The translations under genes and the position numbers were made by a program. From Octopus bimaculoides (lineage: Eukaryota): DNA of 64,000 nucleotides. This document shows, in pieces, positions 14,184 to 37,620 of the stretch. The stretch spans positions 12,850,831-12,914,830 of the forward strand of contig NC_068998.1 in the NCBI RefSeq assembly GCF_001194135.2, in the 5' to 3' direction. Position 1 is the stretch's first letter. Each line of letters opens with the position of its first letter. Below the pieces are notes generated by a model. That model worked only from the letters and a program-made list of their open reading frames with translations, was not told the origin of the DNA and made no database searches.

Positions 14184-14899
14184 GTATTTTAAGTTTCCTA
14201 CCTTTAATTTATCACCACCTCTTTAAAAATTGGAACAGTTTTGGTTTTTGCAGATAAATTCATAAGGAAAAGTCGTAATTTCTTCATAGAGTAATTATCA
14301 TAATTATTTTTATTGTTATCAATGGATTTTTGTATTTTTCTATTTCTCCTTACCTGAATTCCATTACAAAATGTGATTGATGCAACAACTTCATTCATAA
14401 CTTGGAAGTATTTCAAAGTTGTTACAAAATTTACTGTAGCTGAAAGCTCTTCTAGTTCAGAGCTTCCACTCAACCATGAAATGATGGGCGTATATGTATA
14501 GCCACATACATGCAGACATACACACGTATTGTAGTAAATGTATGCGTGGGCGTATATGTGTATACACTCTCTTACTCCCCAGATACACGTATAAATGAAG
14601 ATGTAGACATACCATTACCAGGGATATGGTTAGATTAAATAATTGGTGTCTGTGGAGAGAACAATGAAATTGCAAGGTTTAAGTGATGGCTATAAAGATA
14701 ATTTTAGCCATTTGATAAATAGGTATTGATAATATAAGCACCAGAGTAATGGAGTCAATATGGTTTAAGGTTGTATAACTACAGCCCAATGACTGAAAAT
14801 AACAAAAGAACAAAAACTGAGAGGTAGAAAGAGCTGAACAGTGTACTAAGAGTGTTTCAGTTAACTATGTTCCTCCCAATAATGGCTGTGTCTCATATT

Positions 14900-15055
14900 A
14901 ATTACAGAATCCATGCGGTATTGTTCCAGCTAGAGAATACCTTCTCTATTTAGGGTGTTTAATATTTCAGGCGAAATTCCACCCTTTTCAGTGGCCTTGC
15001 CACATTTGAGCACTTCAATTACCTGTATGACTTCAGCCTCTGACGTCAGCTTTAA
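14900..15055 (-). mobile_element. Short RTE RT fragment, same family as 20648-21325
   Basis: Shares cagctagagaataccttctctatttag...cacatttgagcact with 20915-21030. Confidence 0.7.
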
Positions 15056-16084
15056 CTAACAGCGGTGTTGTTTATTTAGGATAAAAAAAGAATAACAATG
15101 CAAAATAATGTCATTTCATTTTTTCCCTTCTCAAAATAAAGGACTTTGGTTTTAGTCTAAAGAAAGCAATACTTTAAGGATGTTATAATGTAATAAATTA
15201 AGTGAGAAATTATTAAAGCATTAAGTACTTTTTTTTATAAGAAAACAGTATTATGAAGATTGTAGATTGACTTGTCTCCTTTACTGCTCTTAATTTATTG
15301 ATTCTAAAGGTATGAATGGAAGAGGTTTTGGTGCCACTGATATTCTTTGCAAATTCATAAGTCCTTCAAATTTTTATTAACAGCAGTTAACAGCTAACAT
15401 TTCAATAGTTAACTTAGAGTTTAATCTTTGCTTTATCTGAAAAACCAAATTTTAGAGCCTCCCTACCAACATACATTACCCTTTCTTTCAGGGGTTTTCA
15501 CAAAGCTGTAAAAGCTAATTAACCTGGTAAAATCATTAGAATTCATAAACAATTTTGTATTCAATGGGAAAATATTTTTTTTTTTACTTGTTTGTGTGAA
15601 TGGGGAAGAGAGAGAGAGAGAGAGAGAGAGAAGGGTATGAATAGATGTGACTATCTAATGACAAGACTAATGTATTCATACTAATCTAACCTTGAAGAAG
15701 TAAAGAATCTATGTAGGGGTACAGGTTGGCACTACACACCAAACATAACACAAGTAACAGTCATTTGGATGTAAAATAGCATAAACATTAATAGTTCTTC
15801 CAATCAAGCTTCATTCAAATATCTGGACAACACAATTCCCTCTTGTTCCTCCCTTTGCCTTTGTTCCTTGGCTTTCCCCTTTTTCGCTTCTCTTCCTATT
15901 TTCCCTTTTCTTTTTTCCTTTCCTATGGTTCTTCCCTACCTACCGACCTGCCTCCCTCCCTTCTTATTGTCCCTTCTTCTCGTTTCTGCCCCTCTACTTT
16001 AAACTGTATTTCCTACTATTTTCAAGCTACATGGTTTTAAGTATGCATGAAGACAATGATCTGAGGCTTGTTTTTCTTGTCTAG

Positions 16085-16282
16085 GACAGCTCCTCTTCAG
16101 TAGCATCCCTCTCTTCTTATCTGAGAAGGTCACACGTCAATCTTTCCAAGAACACCAACAGCAGTTGGTTGAAAACATTGCATACTACTACCGGCCGAGG
16201 TCTGGCTGAGAGAAACAAGTGGGAGTGTTACGAGGAATCAAGCGTGCGGAAAATAAGCCAGGATTTGGGCAATTTTAATGAG
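16085..16282 (+). CDS. Candidate FER linker exon (phase 0-0, 66 codons, DSSSSVAS...DLGNFNE)
   Basis: Acceptor tttttcttgtctag|GAC, donor GAG|gtgaga, stop-free, GC higher than flanks, phase-compatible with the SH2 exon. Confidence 0.55.
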
Positions 16283-17629
16283 GTGAGATATGAGGAAGAG
16301 GATTTGAGATAAAGAAAGACGGTTCATAAGAGATGGTGTCAAAGAACTGTTTTCTATTGTTTGTAACATTTCTGTTGTCTTTTATTCTATGAATGTCACC
16401 TAGACGCTTTGATTCTCTTTTCTTTATTCTCCCATTCTGTTTTTTCTTTTTCTTTATCCATTCTTTCTTTCAACATCATTATGGATGCTACCACTAAACA
16501 TTCTTAGTGAATTTCCATTTATAATTCTTTCTTTATTTTTTAGAAACATTCTTTAAAATATTCAACTTGACTTTTATTTTCTTTGGAATGATTTTTCTAA
16601 GCACTTCCTTTTCTCCCCTTCCCCTCTCTATCTTTTTCACTTTCTCTCTCTTTTTCATCAATTTAGATTTTGATGCCTTTTGTGTTTTATTTCTCAAATT
16701 GTTAATTAGTGAGGGATTTTTTTTTTTAATATCACTGTTTGATTTATATATTTATTCTTTTTAATTTTTTTTTTCTTCTTTGAAAAAGGATTTTTTCCCT
16801 TTAACATAGATTTTTTTTTTAATCATTAGCACTACACTTTGCTCCCTGTTGTTTCATAAAATCCAAGACAATTCGGCTTCCCTGCATCTTCCACTTTGCT
16901 AAAAGTAATTCCCATTAAATTTTTTTAAAAGAGCAGGAAATTATGAATATCATAAGTACCAGAAATTCAAATTTGAACAATCAGTTCACTAAATAAACTA
17001 TCTTTGTGAAGACTATAAATTTCTAAAATAGACTGCATACTTAACTCTTAAGAATTTTGGTGGCAAACTGCAGTGAATTGGAAACTACATAAACCCTTAA
17101 TTTTTGTACCAAAGAATAAGTTTATAGATTATATAGGCAGTAAATAGTTGAGTAGTTTTTTTTTTTTCATAGTAAGATAAACTTCAAATAGCTTTTATAA
17201 CTTTATTATATAACCACCATTTTGTTATTCTAATAGATTTCAACATACTAAAAACATTTTATCATTTTTATTGTTGGCATTATCCGTTTTATTAAGTGAC
17301 AAAAGCAGTGAAGTGCCAAACTAGATCAATTAAAGTATCTAATTTCATCTCAATTCACCCAGAGTTGCTATCTCAGTTGAGCTGACTTTGCTTTTCAGCT
17401 CTCCATATCCAATAATATATTAAAAGTTTTCACAACTACATAGCTAATGCCCTTAAAAAAAACCATAAAAATCATTCTGCCCTAATTTTCTACTCCTTCT
17501 TAAAATTTGTGGCTTTGTACATCTTAGTAAGAAATCAATATTTTAATTAAATATTTATTCAATATTTTTCATCTCGATTGTTGATATTGTTAGTAAAATT
17601 GTTCTCTATTCTCTCCCAAGAATGTATTC

Positions 17630-18919
17630 TATTGTTCTCTGCGTTCTCTGAAGACTTCATCTATGTAGTAATGTCTGTGGTGTTGAACTGTTCTGTGTTT
17701 CTATCAACACTGAATCCATATTGTCTGTGATATAGTATTTTAGTGTCTCTACCAACTCTTTATTTGTGTAGTAATGTCTATTGATATATTGTAGTTCTGT
17801 GTCTCTACTAACACTTTGTGTAATGTTGTCTGTTATAATGTATTCTTCTGTGTCTCAACCAACATTTAACCTATGTAGTAACGTTACCTGTGATATTGTA
17901 GATCTATGTCTCTACAAATACTCTATCTGTAGAATTGTGTTGCCTGTGATATTGTCTCTACCAACACTTTGTACATTATTGTCTGTGATACTTTACTGTC
18001 TATATCCTTACTCTACGTGGTATAACTATGTTGTCTGTCATAGTTTTTACTGTTCAATGTCTCTACATACATTTTTCCTAACTACTTAATGTCTGTGATA
18101 TACTACTTTAAGTATATCCCAAAACTCTGTCTACTAATGTTGTTTGTGATGTTGTAGTTCTATGCCTATGTTGTTCTTTGCAATATTGTCGTTCTGCACC
18201 TACATAGTTCTACCAACACTCTACCTGTGTTCTAAAATTGTCTCTGATATTGTACTGTTGTTTGTCCTCCTGTTCTCCACCTTTACTTATCGAGTATTGG
18301 GGTTGATACAGCCACACTCAAGACCTGGATTTGATTCTCCTCTATTTGTTTATCAGAATCAGTTACACTGTACCATCATAAGAAGGACTGTAGGGGACTA
18401 CTAACAGTGTCCCTTTCTCCAGAAAAGAAAGATGCAACAAAGGGCTGGCAGCTTATTCTCATAGAAAAACCAATATGCTACTGGAATCATTCAAGGGCAG
18501 TTCAGCACAGAATGGATATAAAGCAAAAGGCCTCCACCAATACTCTACCTGTGTGCTATCATTGTCTGTGACATTGTACTGTTGTGTGATTTTACCAATG
18601 CTTTACCTGTGTACTAATATTGTCTTTGATATTGTACTGTTCCATATCACTACCAAGACTCTACTTGTATACAGGTGTTGTCTGTTCTGTGTCTCTACCA
18701 ACACTCTACATGTGCACTATTGTTGTCTGTAATATTGTATTGAACCTTTGTCTTTCTCAAGATAACAAGTATATTAATAATGTCTGTGAAATAGTTCCAC
18801 ATCTATACCATGACCCTACCTGTGTACTAATGAAGTCAGTGATATTATACTGTACTCTGTCTCTTCCAAGAGACAGCAGAACAATCTAATATCACAGACA
18901 ACATTAATACAGAGATAGG
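17630..18919. repeat. Degenerate ~55-60-bp minisatellite, interrupted at ~18270-18530, last unit inverted
   Basis: Recurring tgtctgtgatattgtactgttctgtgtctctaccaacactctacctgtg; reverse-complement unit at 18868-18919. Confidence 0.8.
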
Positions 18920-19067
18920 CCTGTGTTCAAATGGCTATAATTTTATACTATTCCCCACCAAAGTTGTATCAGTATTCAGTTGATATTTTGTGATGTTCAA
19001 CACTGTTTCCTACCGAGGCTTTACCAATATATTGGTGTAATATGAAATTTTAATTTTTTATGTCCAG

Positions 19068-29429
<10,362 letters not shown>

Positions 29430-30594
29430 ATTTAAGAATTAGGCATTGTTACTACGCAACAAACTGAAATTTGTTTCTAGGCAACAAATTATTAAACATG
29501 AAAGCATTTTTAGAGTGCTGTCTATCCTAGAGTGAAATGTATAGCAAAATGAGAAAGAAACCCATTCCTCTCTTTTGCTATGTTTTTCTTTCAGAATGAA
29601 AAAAGAGAAAGAATTATCTTGAAGAAATGGTTAGGATTTTGTACAGATTAAAAAGAATCAAATGGACTACATATTTTCTTTGTCTAATTTTTATATTTAA
29701 AGAAAAAATCCCAAGCAAAAGTAGGCAATAAATATATTTAACTTAAAATTTCACAGGGAGAGAAAAAAAAAAAAAGAGAAATGAAAGAAAAATTATTAAA
29801 GGGAAATTGCTTTAAAACTTGGGTTGCTTTTTCCGATATCTTATAATTTAATTTTTTTAATGGGATGGGATTCAGAGATTAATCATTCTTTTTAACTATT
29901 TTTATTCCTCTTTTTCTAAGCTGACTGCATTTTCTACATCTGAGTCCAATTTTTATAAATTTTATCCAGCAAATTTACAGATCTATTTTCACTTCATCTC
30001 TATCACTTATAATTCTACTCTATTGCAGTCTTTTCCCTTGCTCTTACCTTAATTTCTGACACATGTTTTGTTTCTTTTTATTGAAATATTTCAAACCCTG
30101 CAATGCCACCTGAAAACACCCTTAAATAAAAAAAAAATATCATTTGCTATCAGAAAATTATATTTTTCTAGCTGCATTTTTTTTTTATTATTATTATCCA
30201 TTATCTATTTTTTATTACCCTAACTATAAAAGTAAAAAAACCAAACACCCCTAAAAGTAAAGAATAAACTTTCATAACTGTGAGATATTTGATGAAATAA
30301 TGAAGGTAATAATCACTGGTAGTTATGATGACCAACTGAAGATATGAGGATTTTTCTAGAAGTTACAATGACCTCCAACTTGCACACATATTTTTATTAT
30401 TTCTAGAAGACTTTACAGTTTGTCACTGGCTTCTTTTCAGCCTTTCCCTGTGACAAACATGTAATGTGAAAGAAATTGCAGCTCTTCTCTCTCCCATGCA
30501 TCGACACTTTCATACAAATATCTTTTCCATTTACTTTCATATTCTTTCTCTCTATCCATCAATCCATCCACATATCCATCCATCTATATATGTA

Positions 30595-30629
<35 letters not shown>

Positions 30630-33600
30630 CCCTCTCCCTTCTTACATATATGCACACACACACACACACATATCTAAAATTATTTTTATACATAATATAA
30701 TGGCCATAAGGATACCTCTATTCCTGCCAATCAACCAACCAACCTACTTACACACAAACACATACACACATAGACAACACATTTCCAACAAAGTGTATAT
30801 TTAGCATATACATTCAGACTCTCTCTTCATCATATCAAATTGGTAATTTTTATCAAAATTGACAAAGAATCTATTATAAAAACACAGAAATCCTAAGAAT
30901 TTGATTCTACAACAGGAAAAACAAATAATTATTTGGGGACCAGTGTGTTCTGTCAGTTCTAAATACTTGGTTTAATTAAACCAATTGTATTGAGTGCCAA
31001 CCTTAAAATTTTCTCCTCTCTAGGGTATCTTCTGATACCTCCAGCTAATACCTTTTTTTCTCTCTCACTACCCATTCACTCCTATTCCTGCTACATTACT
31101 GTATAAAACAGCTGGTGTACCTACAAAATCAAGCTCGGCACTTCTCTTGTGTTCAAGAGGGTGCTGCTCCATTGGCTTTGACTATGCCAGATCTTGCATT
31201 GTCAGAAAATCATCTGCAGTGCCATGGCAGCCCCCACTGAGGATTTAGTGATACGTGATGTGATGTAGATGCTGGTATGATGTTAATTCTTTCTTCTGTA
31301 GTCATATATCTGTTGTGCTATTGTTACTTTTTAAAGGCAATGGAATTCCAGAATCCATACAGTGACAGGGAAAATATGTCTCACAGCATTTGGTTATTGC
31401 ATTTTATGTTCTTACTTCAAATCTTGCCGAACCTGACTTTGCCATTTCAGTACACCTGTAAAATACAGGAATGGACGTAACCAACTGTTTGGGATTTGTG
31501 TTTATGTTAAACACTAACTTTTCATACTAATTCTCAATACATCCTACCCTTCTAACACAAAGAATCTGTTTTATTCATGCATACTCACACACACACACCT
31601 TTTTAAGGTCATACAAATTTTATTCCTCCCTAGAGTTCCCATAAATGAAAGATATTTAATCTTTGGACTTAAAATTGCAGTGAATCACCTGCAAATTCAA
31701 AAAGTGGCTTGGTGACAAGTTGTGACCATTTCGCATTGCTTATGTTGCTAATTTCTTTGAGAAAGCATGAACATACTCTCATAGACCCCTCGTTGTAAAC
31801 TTCAAAACCACCTGCCTGTATAAGACATACTATTAAGTCAAATAGCCATTAGTTATTTAGATATTATTCTTAGTTATTTTTCCTACTTCTCTTGAAAATA
31901 TTAAGATTATCAAATTCATTAGATGTGCATTTTTCTTGTTGTTAGCCTCTGGTCAGTCACCATTGATTGAGCAGACCTATCATCAAAAGTGTTCAAAGTC
32001 AATTTAGGGATATATTACTCTTCAATTGTGTCCTCCTTTTTTTAAGATGGTAGGTTATGATTTGAAGAAGATTTGACTGCTGAGTAACTGCGTAGAGGTC
32101 CCCTTGTTTAGCTCCTCTCTGTGTGCTGTGTGTGAAGGACAGTGATAATTGCATGCCTATTTTTGTTTATATAGCACTAGCATAGTAATAGTAGTAGTAG
32201 TAGTAGTAGTAGTTCCTTTAATCAGTATCATGGATTGTTGGTTTTAGGTGGCAGATTATATAATAGCAAGACTCAGCACCTGCTGGTATCAGTTGTGTAC
32301 GTAATAAAAATAAATCTCGTGCTTGCAAATACAACTTGAAAGGGATTTGAGCAGTAATTGTCGTTGTTGTTATCATCATTGTTATCCCCCTTGTGTTACA
32401 GTGTGCGTTGCACAGGTCTGCAGAATGGTTTACTCTGCTGCTGCTCTCTTGTCTTTGCTGATTTCTTCAGTTTTCTCAAAACCTCATAGATCGCCCTTGA
32501 CACCATAATTCTGTTTCTCTGATCTCTCTCTCGTCTCTCATCTCTCATTTGTCGGTTCACCGCATCCATTTTTCCTCCCTTCAATCCTTCTCCTCTTCCT
32601 CAACCATTATCATCAGAACTCCATATCAGTCCTCTATTCTATAAGCAACCTCTTCTATTACTGATTCAAAGGTTTAATGGGTGTTGCCTCACATACCTCA
32701 AATCGTATTTTATGTTGGGAATAATGTTAACGTTTATACATTATCATTTAATTTTACTTTCTATCGTTTAATCCTTTTGTTTCTTTTGGGTAGCTTATGT
32801 CTTATCTTACTGACTATATTTTATACTTGAGGGATTAACCATGACAAAATTTCAAATATGAATGTCTGTACACTTCCTGTAAAGTTGAAGAAAGTATTTT
32901 CAGAAATACTCCAGAAACCACATCAATCAATCGGATATTGTGAACAACTTCCAGAACTAAATTACCCTTGTTCCACCTTAACCCACTGTCAATTTTTTTT
33001 AAATCAAGAATTATAATGAAGATGTATTCTTTTTTCATCTTCTTCTGGCTCATAGTTGATGTAGAATCAACGTTGGCTCCTGTACGAAAAGGAGACACTT
33101 ACAATTATATTGCTAAACGGTTTTACATCAAGAATTAAACTTAAAGAACCACTCTTCATCAAAAAGATGATAAAAAAAAAAAAAATGAAACGAAAAGCAT
33201 CTTTGAATTGAATTTCCAAAGGTTTTAGATACCTGAAAATGACATTGAAAATTCTGAAAATCAGGCAATGTGGAAGATTTAACAGATTCTTCTAAAAATT
33301 ATTTTTTTCTTGAATTATTAAAAAATTATACTGACCAAAATTGCTGTCAAATAATTCCACTTATAGGTGATTATAATTTCTTTTAATTATTATGTTTTTT
33401 TTTTTTACTTCCTTAATAATTTGATGATTGAACTGGCTTTAAATGTTCTTTGCATGGTCTCAAATATCTTAAGTCTATTGTTATTTCTTGTTTCTGCTGA
33501 TCTGAATGGAATTTTGCAGGAAACATGCAAATGTCTTCCAAATATATGTTTNNNNNNNNNNNNNNNNNNNNNNNNNNNNNNNNNNNNNNNNNNNNNNNNN

Positions 33601-34145
33601 NNNNNNNNNNNNNNNNNNNNNNNNNNNNNNNNNNNNNNNNNNNNNNNNNNNNNNNNNNNNNNNNNNNNNNNNNNNNNNNNNNNNNNNNNNNNNNNNNNNN
33701 NNNNNNNNNNNNNNNNNNNNNNNNNNNAAAAAAAAAAAAAAAAAAAAGCGTTTTAGTTGAAAATGTAATTTGAGCTCAAAATTGTATTTTCACTTTTTAT
33801 TTTTAATTAAAGAAAAATTTTATTTTGAGCTATAACTGTGCATTCTTTAATTAACTGCTGTTGAAGTAATGTAATTTGGTGCTTAAAGGATTATGCAATC
33901 AGCAAAATATTTTTGGAAGAGTAAATTGATATAAAGCAGTTTCTTCTGTAGAGAAAACCCTTCTTGAAATCTTCATTGCTGTATGACATGATGTGATACT
34001 GCTTTGGAAACAAACATACATTTAAATGCGTTTATTCACTCAGAAGGTCTGTTCAAATCTTTTCGTCTATTACAAAGTTGTTGTTATATAACTAAATGGT
34101 CATCATAAATGTTATTGATATTAATAATTATTATAAGACAAAATA

Positions 34146-35862
34146 GAAGGGTGATGAGCTGACAAAATCATTACCACACCAGACAAAATGCTTAGCAATA
34201 TTTCATCCGTCTTTATGTTCTGAGTTTAAATTCTGCCAAGATTTACTTTGCCTTTCATTTTTAAGGGTCAATATGATAAGTACCAGTTGAGCACTGGGGC
34301 CGATGTAATCAACTAGTTTTCTTCCCCAAAACTTCAGGCCTTGTGTTTTTAGTAGAAAAGATGATTCTATCGCAAAATCAGTTGAGTGCTAGACTAAATA
34401 AAATGCCTTACAGCATTTGGTTTTGTCCATTTATGTTCAGAGTTCAAATGTCACCTCTGCCTTTCAGCCTTCAGCTTGAGGTGGGCAAACTAGTGGGGAA
34501 GTAGATAACATAAACATCAATCAAATACTAGGGTGAGGTGATTTAATCAACTTGAACCTTCCTCAAAATTTGTGATCCTGTGTCTAGATTAGAAATCATT
34601 ACGAGCAGAATTAGTGTCGACAAAACTGCCTTGCAGTATTTGTCCTGGCTTCTTACATTTTGAGCTGAAATCTCAGCAAAGTAACCTTTACTTTTATTCT
34701 TTAAGGTCAATGAAATAAAGTGCCAGTCAAATACTGGTTGGTCGGAATGTCTGACTGTCCCTTTATCCCAAATGCCTGGTTTTGTTCCTATGTAAGAAAT
34801 CTAATATTATCATTGGCAGAATCATTAGCATGCCAGACAAAATGCTGAGTGGCATTTCTTCCACTCTTGTACATTCGAAGTTCAAATGCTGCCAAGGTCA
34901 ACTTTGCCTTTCGTCCTTTCAGGACTGATAAAATAAGTACCTGTCATGCATTAGTAGGGTTGTTGTAATCAACTAGCCCGCTCATCTGAAATGTCAAGTT
35001 TTGTGCCTATAGTAGAAAAGATTATTCTTATTATTATCATTATTATTATTATTATTATTATTATTGGCTGGCAGAATCATTAGAGCATTGCAAAAAATAC
35101 TTAGTTGTATTTATGTGAGCTCTTTACATTCTGAAGTTGACTTTGTCTTTCATTTTTTTGAGGTCGATAAAACAAAATACCAATCAAATACTGGGGTCAA
35201 TGTAATCAACAAATGCCCTTCCCCCCTAAAATTGCTGGCCTTGTGGCAAAATTTGAAATCATTATTATTATTATTATTTGGCAGAATCATTAATGTGCTG
35301 GGCAAAATACTTAGTAGTATTTCGCCCGTCGCTACACTCTGAGTTCAAATTCCACCGAGGTTGACCTTGCCTTTATTATTATTATTTTTATTATTATTAT
35401 TAATAATAATTTTATTAGAGAGTGGTGAGTCTGTAGAGCACTGAATAAAAATGCCTTGTGGCATTTTGCTACATTCCCAGACTGAACTCAGATCCTGTTG
35501 GGTTAACTTTAATTTTCATCCTCTCAGGATCGATAAAATTTATACCAGCTGAGTACTGGATCAATCAATATTATTGAACTCTCCTCACCAAAAGTTTGTG
35601 ACTTAGTGCCTATGTTTGAAACAATTACTATCATCATCATCATCATTATCATTATTATTATTGTTATTATTATTATTATCAAGGCGGTGAGCTGGCAGAA
35701 TCGTTAGTACATCGGGAAAAATGCTTAGTGGTATTTCGCCTGTCTTTATGGTCTGAGTTCAAATTCTGCCGAGGTCAACTTTGCCTTTCATCCTTTCGGG
35801 GTTGATTAAATTAGTACCAGTTATGCACCGGAGTTGATGTAATCGACGTAATCCCTTCCCCC
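34146..35862 (+). mobile_element. Head-to-tail pile-up of ~8 family A-related SINE copies
   Basis: Repeated ggcagaatcattag / gagttcaaat / gcctttcatcc modules separated by (TAT)n and (CAT)n; runs into the gap at 35863. Confidence 0.85.
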
Positions 35863-36716
35863 NNNNNNNNNNNNNNNNNNNNNNNNNNNNNNNNNNNNNN
35901 NNNNNNNNNNNNNNNNNNNNNNNNNNNNNNNNNNNNNNNNNNNNNNNNNNNNNNNNNNNNNNNNNNNNNNNNNNNNNNNNNNNNNNNNNNNNNNNNNNNN
36001 NNNNNNNNNNNNNNNNNNNNNNNNNNNNNNNNNNNNNNNNNNNNNNNNNNNNNNNNNNNNNNNNNNNNNNNNNNNNNNNNNNNNNNNNNNNNNNNNNNNN
36101 NNNNNNNNNNNNNNNNNNNNNNNNNNNNNNNNNNNNNNNNNNNNNNNNNNNNNNNNNNNNNNNNNNNNNNNNNNNNNNNNNNNNNNNNNNNNNNNNNNNN
36201 NNNNNNNNNNNNNNNNNNNNNNNNNNNNNNNNNNNNNNNNNNNNNNNNNNNNNNNNNNNNNNNNNNNNNNNNNNNNNNNNNNNNNNNNNNNNNNNNNNNN
36301 NNNNNNNNNNNNNNNNNNNNNNNNNNNNNNNNNNNNNNNNNNNNNNNNNNNNNNNNNNNNNNNNNNNNNNNNNNNNNNNNNNNNNNNNNNNNNNNNNNNN
36401 NNNNNNNNNNNNNNNNNNNNNNNNNNNNNNNNNNNNNNNNNNNNNNNNNNNNNNNNNNNNNNNNNNNNNNNNNNNNNNNNNNNNNNNNNNNNNNNNNNNN
36501 NNNNNNNNNNNNNNNNNNNNNNNNNNNNNNNNNNNNNNNNNNNNNNNNNNNNNNNNNNNNNNNNNNNNNNNNNNNNNNNNNNNNNNNNNNNNNNNNNNNN
36601 NNNNNNNNNNNNNNNNNNNNNNNNNNNNNNNNNNNNNNNNNNNNNNNNNNNNNNNNNNNNNNNNNNNNNNNNNNNNNNNNNNNNNNNNNNNNNNNNNNNN
36701 NNNNNNNNNNNNNNNN
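35863..36716. other. Assembly gap (others: 33552-33727, 40772-41291, 42087-42186, and 10-N gaps at 9727, 39619, 45118, 56859)
   Basis: Runs of N. Confidence 1.
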
Positions 36717-37202
36717 GTTTTTGTTGTTGTTTTGTTATTTTTCCTATATATTTTTTGTTGTTGTTATTTCATAATACATGTTTTTTTCTTTTATTTTTTT
36801 TTTATTTTCGGTTAACTTCACACTATAGAAAAAAAAAAAAAAACTATAACAATTATTATAAGTTATCTATAAATCAATATAGTAATTGGTTTGAAATCTT
36901 CAGGATTCTTGTATATGATGGCTACAAAATGTCTGTTAAAAGAAGATCGCATTTAATTTGTAATTGCAGGAACTTCATTTACTAAGTAAACACATTGCGA
37001 TATTCTTTTCTGTTTATTTTTGTAAAAGTTACTTCCAGTGGCTGTTCTGATATCTTAACAAATTATTTGTCAATACTTGACAAACCTTTTAAAGGGAAAT
37101 AACTGTATATTAATGTTTTTCGGTCTCAAAATCTGTATTTACCGTACCATCTCAGATTCATGTTAAATATCAAGCGCATATTCTCATAAGTGCACAGATT
37201 TT

Positions 37203-37266
37203 TGTGGCTATCATATGTAAAATCACACACACACACACAGGTGTTTGTATATTATGTTTGTATATA

Positions 37267-37307
<41 letters not shown>

Positions 37308-37462
37308 GCATATAAATGTGTCTATTTATATAAATGCATATATGTGGCTATCATATGTAAAATTACACACACACACAGTTGTATATTATGTTTGCTTGTA
37401 TGTATGTATATATATATGCATATAAATTTGTGTATGTATTTATATATATATATATGTGTGTT

Positions 37463-37495
<33 letters not shown>

Positions 37496-37514
37496 TTATA
37501 TATATATATATGTG

Positions 37515-37572
<58 letters not shown>

Positions 37573-37620
37573 TATAAATGTGTGCATGTGTCTGTATGGA
37601 CATGTATGTATAAGCATAGG
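37203..37620. repeat. Compound (TA)n/(TG)n/(CA)n tract with an internal ~140-bp duplication
   Basis: tgtggctatcatatgtaaaat.acacacacacacag recurs at ~37203 and ~37343. Confidence 0.9.

Noticed and set aside
14204-14473. - strand ORF with a strong donor cag|gtaagg at ~14353, suggesting a nested antisense gene
   Set aside because: No partner exons or recognisable domain found.
29727-29732. AATAAA as the FER polyadenylation signal
   Set aside because: Many such hexamers occur in this AT-rich 3' region; one cannot be chosen without 3'-end data.
32396-32584. - strand ORF MDAVNRQMRDERRERDQRNR...
   Set aside because: Lies in a GA-rich low-complexity tract that favours R/E codons; no family match or splice context recognised.
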